Source: Candidatus Eiseniibacteriota bacterium (lineage in GTDB: Bacteria; Eisenbacteria; RBG-16-71-46; CAIMUX01; VGJL01). Taken from it: a stretch of 64,000 nucleotides of DNA. The notes under the pieces were generated by a model. That model saw only the letters and a list, made by a program, of their open reading frames with translations. It did not search any database and was not told the DNA's origin. Location: contig JBHGAY010000006.1 of assembly GCA_041946735.1 (NCBI GenBank), positions 29,626 through 93,625 on the forward strand. The letters run 5' to 3'. Every line of letters starts with the position of its first letter. Position 1 is the stretch's first letter. This document shows positions 27,169-35,872 of the stretch, one piece after another. Position numbers and translations under genes: made by a program.

Positions 27169-28262
27169 TGAGGACCTTGCAGGCCGCGATTCTCGGAACC
27201 GGCATCGCAGTGCCGGAAACATGCCACGAGCAGGAATCGATCCTCGAGCGACTGATCGTTCCGACCCTCGGCCGCTCGGAGCGGGCCCGGCGGATCTTCC
27301 TGCGCTCCGGAATCGCGACGCGCCACTCGGTCCTGCCGGATCTCGCCTGGCACGAGAAGGTCCGGACGACCGAGGAGCGCAACGCGCTCTGGATCGAGCG
27401 AGGGATGCCGCTGCTCGAGCGGGCGGCGCGGCGCTGCCTGGAGGACGCAGCGTGCGATCCGGAGTCGATCGACGAAGTGATCACCCTCTCGTGCACGGGA
27501 GTCGACACCCCCGGGCCGGACCTGCAGCTCGCCGCCAGGCTGCGCCTGCGAAGCGACGTGAAGCGAATCCATCTGGGCGGGATGGGATGCTATGGCGCCG
27601 TTCCGGCGCTCTACCGCGCCGCCGTTTCGATCGATTCCGGCTCCGCGAGACGCGTGCTCGTCGCGTCGGTGGAGATCTGCACGCTCCACTACCAGCACGA
27701 GTCCACCGCCGAGAACCTGGTCGTCTCCTCGCTCTTCGCCGATGGCTCGGCCGCAGCGCTGATCGGATGCTGCGAGGCCCCTGGCGGCGGCTCGGGCTCC
27801 GGTCGGCGGGCGCCGCTGCGGCTGCGGCGCTTCGCCACCTGGACCGATCCTCGCTACCTCGATCGCATGGGGTTCCATCTGACCGACCGTGGGTTCCGGA
27901 TGCATCTCGCCGCGGACGTCCCGGCGCTGGTCGAGACCCTCGCGGCCGAAGCGGCGCGGGCGCTGTTCGACGGATCGGGGCTCGTCCCAGAGGAGATCGG
28001 CGCCTGGCTAGTACATCCCGGAGGCGTGCGCATCCTCGAGGCAGTGGAGCGCGGGCTGCATCTCCCCGATTCGGCGCTGGGTCTCTCCCGCTCGATCCTC
28101 GCCCGCTACGGCAACCTCTCCTCTGCGACGTCGCTCTTCCTCCTCGACGCTCACAGGCACCGGGAGGTAGGAGAGGAGAAGAGCGCGAGCCAGACGGGCG
28201 CGGGAGTACTCCTCGCCCTCGGCCCGGGGCTCACCGTGGAAGGCGCGATCTTCGAAGGATGA
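27168..28262 (+). CDS. Type III polyketide synthase (chalcone/stilbene synthase family)
   Basis: Catalytic-triad contexts LSCTGVDTPGPD (Cys), WLVHPGGVRIL (His) and YGNLSSATSLFLL (Asn). Its start shares one nt with the upstream stop (TGATG). Confidence 0.9.
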   Translation: MRTLQAAILGTGIAVPETCHEQESILERLIVPTLGRSERARRIFLRSGIATRHSVLPDLAWHEKVRTTEERNALWIERGMPLLERAARRCLEDAACDPESIDEVITLSCTGVDTPGPDLQLAARLRLRSDVKRIHLGGMGCYGAVPALYRAAVSIDSGSARRVLVASVEICTLHYQHESTAENLVVSSLFADGSAAALIGCCEAPGGGSGSGRRAPLRLRRFATWTDPRYLDRMGFHLTDRGFRMHLAADVPALVETLAAEAARALFDGSGLVPEEIGAWLVHPGGVRILEAVERGLHLPDSALGLSRSILARYGNLSSATSLFLLDAHRHREVGEEKSASQTGAGVLLALGPGLTVEGAIFEG

Positions 28263-28313
28263 GAGAAGGAAGAGAGGAGGAGAGGACGAGAGGACGAAAA
28301 GCTCGAGACCCGC

Positions 28314-30149
28314 CTACATCCCCTCCTCCTGGGCCTCCTTCCATGGCTCCCCGAGCACCCCGCTGGACGTGGGCTCGAGTTCCGAAGGCTTCGCGCCATT
28401 CTGCTCGACGTAGGTCTCGAGGCGGGCTTTCGCTTTGTTGAGGTTCTTTTCCAGGCCCATGCGGCGGGCCGGATCGGTCTCGCGCGGAATCACGTACTCG
28501 AGCTCCTCGATCCCCCTCTCCACATACTGCGGGGCCGCGACGTACATGAGCCCGAGGTTGCCGCGGGCGCCGAGATGGTCGGGGTAGAAGAGCAGCGTGC
28601 GCTCGAAAGCCTCCGCCGCTTCCTTGTTCCGTTCCTGGCGCATCAGCACGAGTCCCGCGTGGTAGTGCGCCTTCGCGTCGACCATCCGGAGCGCCGGGAC
28701 GTGCTTCGACCGGATCGCGACCGGATCGAGGATCCGCAAGGCGAGGCCATACTCCTCCAGCCCGATGTAGGCCGCTGCGAGGTTCACCTGGGCGAGCGGG
28801 AAGTCGGCACGCAGCCGTAGCGCCTGTTGGTACAGGTCGATCGCTCCGCGGTAGTCCGAACGTGAAAGCTTCTCATTCCCCAGTTCGAAGAAGACCTGCG
28901 GGTTCTTCGGATAGGCCCTCCGGTCGGCCTGGAGGAGCGTGGGAGTATCGAGGAACTGCGGGGCGCGCACGAACGTCCGGAAGCCGAACAGCGCGACGAT
29001 GGCGATGGCAACGCCGGCGAGAACAGGACGCAACTCCGTCCTTCGCTCGGTCGCTCGCTGCGCTGCCAGCACGGCGAGTCCCATGAACCCGGGAAGCGCG
29101 AGGTAGAGATTCCTCTCGCTCGCGACCGACCCGACCAGCCGCGGGATCAGCGCCGGCGCGAGCAGCGGCAGGATCGCGAGGAGGGCGAGCGGCGTGCGCG
29201 GCATCGCTCCTCCGCGCCTCCCTGCGATCCAGATCGCGAGCGCGACCAGGGCGAGCGCGAGCGCGGCGAGCCCCCAAAAGGCGGGACCGTGAAGAGTGAG
29301 CAGCCAGGTATGGTCGTGCGACAGCCGGATCGGGACGACCGCGATCGAGATCTCCGCCGCGATCCCGGCGATCGACTGCGCCAGCAAGGGAAAGAGCGGC
29401 AGCGCAGAGGTCGGATCGACGGTGGGGATTCTGCGGATCGGCTCGGGCAGCGCGACCAAAGCGACCCCGCGGTAGAGGAGCGCGATGGCCGCGGCACCGA
29501 GCACCGCGTAGAAGAGCCGTTTCTCCTCTTTCCAACGCGACGGAGAGACGAGCAGCACCGAAGCCGCGACGAACGGAAGGAGAAAGCCGGTCTCCTTCGA
29601 AAGCATCGAGCCGAGCGCGAGGAGGCCGACCCCGGCGATGCGCCCCATGCCGGCCGGCGGCTTCGCTCCGGCCATCAGCAGGAGCGCCCCCAGGAAGAAC
29701 CCGGTGGCGAGGATCTCCGACAGACCTCCGAGATAGAGGACCGACACGGTGTTCGCCGGATGCGCGAGGAACAGCAGACTGGCGATCCCCGCTGCCACCG
29801 CCGACCGCAGCCAGCGGAGCAGCAGCAGGAACAAGAGCCACGCGACCACCGCGTGCAGGACGATCTGGTCGGCCTGGTATCCGCTGCGCGCGTAGCCGTG
29901 GATCTCATGCTCCAAAGCACGGAGCGCAACCGCGACGGGACGCACCTGCGGCCGCATCTCTCCCGCCTGCCACCTGCCCGCGAGGAGCTGCCCCGGCGCC
30001 GCTCCGGTCACGGCCGGATTCCCCCAGATCAGCTCCGCCTCGGACTCCAGCCGCATGTGGTCGGAAGCTCCGTGATAGAGCACGACAAAGGCGAGCAGGA
30101 TCAGCAGGGCCAGAAACCCGACGAGGACGATCGAGCCCTTCACAGCCAT
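28314..30149 (-). CDS. Polytopic membrane protein with C-terminal TPR repeats (TMTC/PMT-like GT-C candidate)
   Basis: About 11 predicted TM segments, then TPR-like LGNEKLSRSDYRGAIDLYQQALRLRADFPLAQVNLAAAYIGLEEYGLALRIL. Start ATG 30149 overlaps the corA stop by 10 nt. The glycosyltransferase assignment is inference. Confidence 0.6.
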   Translation of the reverse strand: MAVKGSIVLVGFLALLILLAFVVLYHGASDHMRLESEAELIWGNPAVTGAAPGQLLAGRWQAGEMRPQVRPVAVALRALEHEIHGYARSGYQADQIVLHAVVAWLLFLLLLRWLRSAVAAGIASLLFLAHPANTVSVLYLGGLSEILATGFFLGALLLMAGAKPPAGMGRIAGVGLLALGSMLSKETGFLLPFVAASVLLVSPSRWKEEKRLFYAVLGAAAIALLYRGVALVALPEPIRRIPTVDPTSALPLFPLLAQSIAGIAAEISIAVVPIRLSHDHTWLLTLHGPAFWGLAALALALVALAIWIAGRRGGAMPRTPLALLAILPLLAPALIPRLVGSVASERNLYLALPGFMGLAVLAAQRATERRTELRPVLAGVAIAIVALFGFRTFVRAPQFLDTPTLLQADRRAYPKNPQVFFELGNEKLSRSDYRGAIDLYQQALRLRADFPLAQVNLAAAYIGLEEYGLALRILDPVAIRSKHVPALRMVDAKAHYHAGLVLMRQERNKEAAEAFERTLLFYPDHLGARGNLGLMYVAAPQYVERGIEELEYVIPRETDPARRMGLEKNLNKAKARLETYVEQNGAKPSELEPTSSGVLGEPWKEAQEEGM

Positions 30150-31198
30150 CCTTTCTTTCGGAACAGCATCAGCAAGGCCGCCTCGACGCCGAACATCGAG
30201 AGGAGCATCGCCCCGAACGCCCGGGGATCGTGCAGCCCAGGCAGGAAATCGAAGTTCATCCCATAGAAGCTCGTGATCACCGTGAGCGGAAGCCCGAGCG
30301 TCGCGATCGCCGTGAAGATCTTCATCGTCCGGTTCGTGTTCTCCGCCGCCTGTCCGAGGTAGGTGTCGACGGCGGTGGTCAGCACGTCCCGGTGGATCTC
30401 GAGCGACTCCCCGATCCGCAAAAGGTGATCGTACACGTCCCGGAAGTAGGTGCGCACGGGGGCGGAGATCCACGGGTACTCGTGCGTGGACAGATGGGAG
30501 AGGATCTCGCGATGCGGCGAAACCAGCCGGCGTAGCTGCAGGATGTCCTTCCGGACCCCGAAGATGTCCTGCAGGAGCTTCCGATCGCCCCCCTCCACCA
30601 GCGCAGTCTCGATCTCGTCGATCCGCTCGTCCACCGCGTCGATCAGCGGGAAGCAAGTGTCGACGATCGCGTCGAGGATCGCATGGAGCAGCATGTCCGC
30701 GCCCTGGTCGAACGCGAGGCGGCCACGCACGAGCCGGTCGGCGATCGTCTCGATCGGCGTGACGGGACCAGGGTGGAACGTGACGAGCACGTTGCCGCCG
30801 AGCAGGATGTCCACCTCCTGCGCCTCGAACTCGGTCCCCGCGATCTTCGCGATCGCAAAGGCGACGACGAAGAGATGGTTCGAGTACTCCTCGATCTTCG
30901 GGCGCTGCACCGCGTGGTGGACGTCCTCGAGCGCGAGGGGGTGAAACGGGAAGATCTGCCGGATCTCCTCGACCGCTTCGGGAGTCATCCGCTCGACGTC
31001 GATCCAGACCGGGTGGCCCCCCTGGATTTCGCGAAGGATCGCGCCGGTCCCCGTCACGACCGCCGCCGGCATGTTCTTTCCCCTTCCGGCGTACGCCGTG
31101 AGCCGGCCGGGCTCCCGCGGCTCCCGGCCCTCGCCCTTCGCCCCCCCCTCCTGCAGCCGCGGCTCTGCGGCCGGCGACGGCTCAGCAGTCACTGTCAT
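30140..31198 (-). CDS. corA: CorA-family magnesium/cobalt transporter
   Basis: The FYGMNF signature lies before the last TM. An alternative start at ATG 31072 would remove a 42-aa low-complexity N-terminus. Confidence 0.9.
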   Translation of the reverse strand: MTVTAEPSPAAEPRLQEGGAKGEGREPREPGRLTAYAGRGKNMPAAVVTGTGAILREIQGGHPVWIDVERMTPEAVEEIRQIFPFHPLALEDVHHAVQRPKIEEYSNHLFVVAFAIAKIAGTEFEAQEVDILLGGNVLVTFHPGPVTPIETIADRLVRGRLAFDQGADMLLHAILDAIVDTCFPLIDAVDERIDEIETALVEGGDRKLLQDIFGVRKDILQLRRLVSPHREILSHLSTHEYPWISAPVRTYFRDVYDHLLRIGESLEIHRDVLTTAVDTYLGQAAENTNRTMKIFTAIATLGLPLTVITSFYGMNFDFLPGLHDPRAFGAMLLSMFGVEAALLMLFRKKGWL

Positions 31199-32114
31199 CC
31201 CGGACCTGGACCTTACCCGAGCAATCGATCCCCCGGTGCTCCCCCGGTCCCTCGACCTCGATGGTGCAGTGCTCGATCCCGAACTGGTCGTTCAGAAGGC
31301 GCCTCGCCGCCTCGCGGCGACTGCTCCAGTCCTTCAGGTTCTCGACGACGAGATGCACCGTCAGGGTGTCGAAGTGGCTTCCGATCCTCCAGACGTGGAG
31401 GTCGTGAATCCCGGTGACCCCCTCCACCTCGCAGAGCGCGCGTTCCACCTCCGGCAACCGGATGTGCCGTGGCACCCCTTCCAAGAGGATGTGGATGCTC
31501 TCCCGCAGAAGATGGATCGAGCTGACGAGGATCAAAGCCGCGATCAAGAAGCTGACGATCGCGTCGATCCGCGTCCAGCCGGTCCTCGCGATCACGACTC
31601 CGGCGACGATCGCTCCGACGCTTCCCATCGCGTCGCCCAGCACATGCAGGAACGCGCCTCGCACGCCGAGGCTCCCCCGGCTCGGATCGCGCAGCAGCAG
31701 GAGAGCGATCACGTTGACCGCGAGGCCGGCGATCGCGACGGCCAGCATCATCGGCCCCTCGACGTGCGGCGGCCGCTCGATCCTCCGATACGCCTCGTAG
31801 GCGATCACCGCCGCTGCTGCGAGCAGCAGCAGCCCGTTCGCGAGCGCCACCACGATCTCCAGGCGCTGATACCCGAAGCTGCGCTTGGGATCGGGCGGGC
31901 GCTGCAGCTGGCTCATCGCAGCCAGCGCGAGACCGAGCGCCGCGACGTCGGAGAGCATGTGCCCGGCATCCGACAGCAGGGCGAGGCTGTTGGAGAGGAG
32001 CCCGCCGGCGAACTCCACGAAGAGGAATCCTCCGGTGAGAAGCAGGACCGTGCGGAGACGGCTCGTCGGCAGCTCGTCGTTCCCGTGCTCGTGTCGGACG
32101 ATCCCGTGGCTCAT
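31182..32114 (-). CDS. Cation diffusion facilitator (CzcD/ZitB-like) metal efflux protein
   Basis: SNSLALLSDAGHMLSD and HVLGDAMGSV CDF metal-site motifs. ATGA overlap with the upstream PLP-enzyme gene. His-rich N-terminus MSHGIVRHEHGND. Confidence 0.9.
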   Translation of the reverse strand: MSHGIVRHEHGNDELPTSRLRTVLLLTGGFLFVEFAGGLLSNSLALLSDAGHMLSDVAALGLALAAMSQLQRPPDPKRSFGYQRLEIVVALANGLLLLAAAAVIAYEAYRRIERPPHVEGPMMLAVAIAGLAVNVIALLLLRDPSRGSLGVRGAFLHVLGDAMGSVGAIVAGVVIARTGWTRIDAIVSFLIAALILVSSIHLLRESIHILLEGVPRHIRLPEVERALCEVEGVTGIHDLHVWRIGSHFDTLTVHLVVENLKDWSSRREAARRLLNDQFGIEHCTIEVEGPGEHRGIDCSGKVQVRDDSDC

Positions 32115-33325
32115 CGCTCGGCGGAGATCCCTGCCATCGCCTGCTCCAGGTCGCCGAGCAGGTCCTCGGTCTCCTCCAGCCCGACCGCCAGGCGGAGGAG
32201 GCCCTCGCCGATGCCCGCGCGCTCGCGCTCTTCGGGGCGGAGCATGCGGTGGCTGGACGTCGCCGGGTGGGAGAGCAGAGTCTCCACTCCCCCGAGACTC
32301 GTCGCCAGCCGGATCACACGAAGACCGCCCATCAGCCGGACCGCCGCGTCGCGTCCGCCGGCCAGATCGAACGAGAGGATTCCGCCGAAGGCTCGCATCT
32401 GTCGGGCGGCGATCGCATGGCCGGCGTCGCTTTCCAGCCCGGGGTAGCGCACCCGGCGCACGAGCGGGTCGGATGTCAAGGCGCGCGCGATCCGCAGAGC
32501 GGAATCGGACGCCGCGCGAACCCGCAGGGCGAGCGTCGCGAGTCCGCGATGGAGCAGCCACGCGGCGAACGGATCGGCCACCGCGCCGAGCGAACGACGC
32601 GCCTTCTCGAGCGGATCCCGAAGGCTCCCCCGACCCACCACGGCACCGAGGACGAGGTCGGAGTGCCCTCCCAGATATTTCGTCGCGCTATGGACGACCG
32701 CGTCCGCTCCCCAATCCAGGGGGTTCTGGAGCGCCGGCGTCGCAAAGGTGCCGTCCACTGCGACGCGCACCCCGGCATCTTTCGCGCGGGTGCAGATCGC
32801 GGGACCGTCGAAGACTCGAAGGAGGGGGTTCGTCGGCGTCTCGAAAAAGAGGAGCGAGGGGCGGCGGTCCAGTCCCCGGGCGAGCGCTTCTCCGTCGCCG
32901 AGGTCGACGATCTCGCGCTCGATGCCGAGTCGCGGGAGAAGCCGTGACATCAGATCGGCGGATCCCCCGTACAGATCGCTCGCCACCAGCACCCGGCCTC
33001 CCGAAGGGACCATCGTCCAGAGAACAGCGTGAATCGCAGCCAGCCCGGAGGCGAAGAGCAGCGAGAAATCGGCGTTCTCGATCGCGGCGATCTTCTCCTC
33101 GGCCGTCTCGACCGTCGGATTGCGGTAACGGGAATAGACGTAGCCGCGGCTCTCGTCTCCGAAGACCTCGAACATCTCCTCGGGACTGTCGAACGAGAAG
33201 GTGCTGGTTTGCACGAGGGGAAGCGCGACCGGCTTTCCGAGCTCTCCCCGGGCGATCGAAGCTCGAGATCCGTGAATCGCGCGAGTTCGGAAACCGGTGC
33301 GGCCCCGCCCGGCCGGGTCGTCCAC
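32111..33325 (-). CDS. Cys/Met-metabolism PLP enzyme (cystathionine gamma-synthase / gamma-lyase / methionine gamma-lyase family)
   Basis: YSRYRNPT, DLYGGS and SATKYLGGHSD (PLP lysine) motifs. Confidence 0.9.
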   Translation of the reverse strand: MDDPAGRGRTGFRTRAIHGSRASIARGELGKPVALPLVQTSTFSFDSPEEMFEVFGDESRGYVYSRYRNPTVETAEEKIAAIENADFSLLFASGLAAIHAVLWTMVPSGGRVLVASDLYGGSADLMSRLLPRLGIEREIVDLGDGEALARGLDRRPSLLFFETPTNPLLRVFDGPAICTRAKDAGVRVAVDGTFATPALQNPLDWGADAVVHSATKYLGGHSDLVLGAVVGRGSLRDPLEKARRSLGAVADPFAAWLLHRGLATLALRVRAASDSALRIARALTSDPLVRRVRYPGLESDAGHAIAARQMRAFGGILSFDLAGGRDAAVRLMGGLRVIRLATSLGGVETLLSHPATSSHRMLRPEERERAGIGEGLLRLAVGLEETEDLLGDLEQAMAGISAER

Positions 33326-33355
33326 CGTGTCCTCCGCGTGTGGGGGTTGCGGGAT

Positions 33356-33380
33356 GCGGGCCGGCCCCTTGCCGGCCCGC
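33356..33380 (-). terminator. Perfect 10-bp GC hairpin (GCGGGCCGGC/GCCGGCCCGC, 5-nt loop) between the FGE-domain gene stop and the PLP-enzyme start
   Basis: Read directly. No U-tract, so it could be a terminator, an attenuator or an RNA stability element. Confidence 0.45.
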
Positions 33381-33397
33381 GCGTTCCGCTCACTGTA

Positions 33398-35005
33398 CTA
33401 TTCGGAGTACGCCGTTCGGAAGCCGACCTGATCGGAGGCGACATCGGGCGCTGTCGCCTCCCGGCCGGTCACGCGAACCCCGTAGGCGCTCTTCGCGTAG
33501 CTGCCGCCGCGGATCACGCGAAGGACACCCTCGATTGGCCCCTCCGGATTCGTTTGGGGCGCCGACGGGTACGGTCCGTACCAGTCCTTCGTCCACTCGG
33601 CGGCGTTTCCGCTCACGTCCAGCAGTCCGAAGGGGCTGGTGTCGCCCGGGTACGATCCGACAGGACGGAGGGCGCCGTAGCCGCTGTCGAGATAGTTCGC
33701 CTGCTCGGGAGCGATCGTCGTCCCCCAGGCGTAGATGTACTCCGTGTGCGTTCCCTTCGCGGCGACCTCCCATTCGTGCTCGGTCGGGAGGCGCAGACCG
33801 AAGTGCTCGGCATAGGCCTTCGCTCCATACCACGTCACCCCGACCACCGGGAACTGACCCGCATCGGGCAGGACCGCCATCCTGTCGCCTTCCGGATCGT
33901 AGAACAAGGCGGACTTGTCGAGGTCGACGATGCGCACCGGCAGGCTGTCCTCTTCCACCGGTTCCGTGAGGTTCGGGTAGAAGATGAGGTCGTTCGCGAT
34001 CGTGTCGCGCCGCACCAGCGGAGAGTCGCCCGCCATCGCGCTCTCGAGATACTGCAGGTAGAGGGTGTTCGTCACCTCGGTCTTCTCGATGTAGAAACCC
34101 GACGTGAACCGGACGTCGTGCGCAGGCAGCTCGTCCCCCTCCGCCTCCGTCGGATCCGCGGACCCGACCTGGTAGAGCCCCGCCGGGACGTACGCCATGT
34201 TGGCCGGATCGGGCGGGTTCGGATCACCGCCGACGTTCGAGACGGAGACCTGGCGCTGATTCGCGCCGACGCGGTTCGGCAGGTACGTGTTCTTCGCCTC
34301 GATCTTGACCGTGTAGATCCCGGGCCGGGAGTACTTGAACGACACCTGCGAAGTGGCGGGAAGATTCTCCGCGAAGTCGTGATCCCAGACGCCGTCGGAG
34401 TCGAAGTCCCACCGGACGATGATCTCTTCGGGCGGATCGATGTCGTCCTCTGTCGTCGACGCATCGAAGGTGAAGAAGGTCTGCGTCGTCCCCGAGGCAG
34501 GAGTGATGACGATCTGCGGGCGAGGCGGCCGCAGATCGCCGCCCATGTTCAGAATGCGGACGGTGACCAGGTCCGATCGAGTCGTGTTGCCCGCGACGTC
34601 GAATGCCTTCGAGAAGAGCCTCACCTTCGTCCCGTTGGTCAGTAGCCGCGTGTACCAGCGGGCGAAGTAGACGGAGGCGCCCTCGGTCGCGTGGAGCGTG
34701 TCGGGAAGAGCCTCGTCACCGTTGGGCTGGTCGAACGACCCGATCATCTCCGACTCACCGTCGTTCTCCGAGGTCGACCAGATCTCGACTCGCGAGAGGT
34801 CGTTGTCGTCCTTCGCCTCGACGAAGATGTCGAGGGAGTCGGAGACGTCGAACAGTTCTCCTACTTCGGGAGCCGGATAGAGGAACCGGGTCTCGGGAGC
34901 GGTTGCGTCATCCTTCGTCGAGACAGCGTCCTCGGAGCACGACGAGAGGACCGAGGCGCCGGCCAGAAGCAGGCAACCGAGCAGGAACCAATGGACGCGC
35001 CGCAT
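33398..35005 (-). CDS. Lipoprotein with Ig-like and PKD domains plus a C-terminal formylglycine-generating-enzyme (SUMF1) domain
   Basis: Lipobox LSSC after MRRVHWFLLGCLLLAGASV. PKD-like VRWDFDSDGVWD...YSRPGIYTVKIEAKN. FGE-type GLRLPTEHEWEVAAKG...RVIRGGSY. Confidence 0.85.
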   Translation of the reverse strand: MRRVHWFLLGCLLLAGASVLSSCSEDAVSTKDDATAPETRFLYPAPEVGELFDVSDSLDIFVEAKDDNDLSRVEIWSTSENDGESEMIGSFDQPNGDEALPDTLHATEGASVYFARWYTRLLTNGTKVRLFSKAFDVAGNTTRSDLVTVRILNMGGDLRPPRPQIVITPASGTTQTFFTFDASTTEDDIDPPEEIIVRWDFDSDGVWDHDFAENLPATSQVSFKYSRPGIYTVKIEAKNTYLPNRVGANQRQVSVSNVGGDPNPPDPANMAYVPAGLYQVGSADPTEAEGDELPAHDVRFTSGFYIEKTEVTNTLYLQYLESAMAGDSPLVRRDTIANDLIFYPNLTEPVEEDSLPVRIVDLDKSALFYDPEGDRMAVLPDAGQFPVVGVTWYGAKAYAEHFGLRLPTEHEWEVAAKGTHTEYIYAWGTTIAPEQANYLDSGYGALRPVGSYPGDTSPFGLLDVSGNAAEWTKDWYGPYPSAPQTNPEGPIEGVLRVIRGGSYAKSAYGVRVTGREATAPDVASDQVGFRTAYSE

Positions 35006-35204
35006 ACCCACCCCTCCGTGGACCACCCCAACCCCCTGGCGGTGTCAGTAGAAACTCGTCCCGCGCGGGACTCGTCACCGTTCGGGAGGACTATACCGGC
35101 GCCTCCACGGCTCCGTCAACGGACCCCATCGGGCGTTCCTCGATCCGCCGAAGTCCCCTCAGGGCGCCATGGACGGCGGACGAGATGACCTCCGCGCTGG
35201 CCGC

Positions 35205-35302
35205 TTTTCCACATTCCTTTCCACACGGTTGTGCGAAACCGGGCCAAGCGGCCGCGGAGCGCCGTGAGGCAGGGGGAGACTCTGTGGACAAGCGGTGGAC
35301 AA
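35205..35302. promoter_or_regulatory. Cluster of four DnaA-box-like 9-mers: two on the top strand and two on the bottom strand
   Basis: TTTTCCACA at 35205..35213, CTTTCCACA at 35217..35225, TGTGGACAA at 35283..35291 (TTGTCCACA on the bottom strand) and GGTGGACAA at 35294..35302. The flanks TTCCACATTCC and TTCCACACGG are shared with boxes in the oriC candidate. Confidence 0.5.
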
Positions 35303-35317
35303 GGGTCGAAAGCCTCG

Positions 35318-35788
35318 TCAATTCGCCGACTTCGTTCCGGTGCGTCCGTAGATCTCTTCGTCCTCCGGCGTCGTGTAATCGCCCGGGGAACCCAGGCTCG
35401 AGCCCCGCGGCGTGTCGACCTCCTGCGAGGTTCCGGAAGCTTGCGCGGGCATCTGGCAGGCGCCCTGGAAAAACACCCCCTCCTCGATCACAAGGGACTG
35501 CGTGATGAGATCGCCCTCCACGTAGGCTCCCTTGCGCAGCTCGATTCGGTGATGACCGGCGATTCTCCCGATGACCTTGCCCATGACGAGGACCTCGGCT
35601 GCATCCACGTCGGCGTTCACGCTCCCGGTCGCGCCGACGATCACCTTCGCGCGCGCGACGAGCGACCCCTCCAGGCTTCCCTCGAGCCGCAGGTCGCCCT
35701 CCGCGTGAATGTCTCCCCGGATCGTCACCCCTTCCTGGATGAGCGACTGGGACCGCGAGATTGCCGGCTCAGACGTCTTTCCGAACAT
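35318..35788 (-). CDS. Bactofilin (polymer-forming cytoskeletal protein)
   Basis: Repetitive beta-helix pattern: IRGDIHAEGDLRLEGSLEGSL...VIVGATGSVNADVDAAEVLVMGKVIGRI...IELRKGAYVEGDL. GGAGG before the ATG. Confidence 0.9.
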   Translation of the reverse strand: MFGKTSEPAISRSQSLIQEGVTIRGDIHAEGDLRLEGSLEGSLVARAKVIVGATGSVNADVDAAEVLVMGKVIGRIAGHHRIELRKGAYVEGDLITQSLVIEEGVFFQGACQMPAQASGTSQEVDTPRGSSLGSPGDYTTPEDEEIYGRTGTKSAN

Positions 35789-35872
35789 CGATTCCTCCCG
35801 ATCCGTCGACGCTCCCTCCTGGCCTCGGAAGCTCTCGACGTTGAAGTCGAATGCCGTACCGGGGCAAATGTC

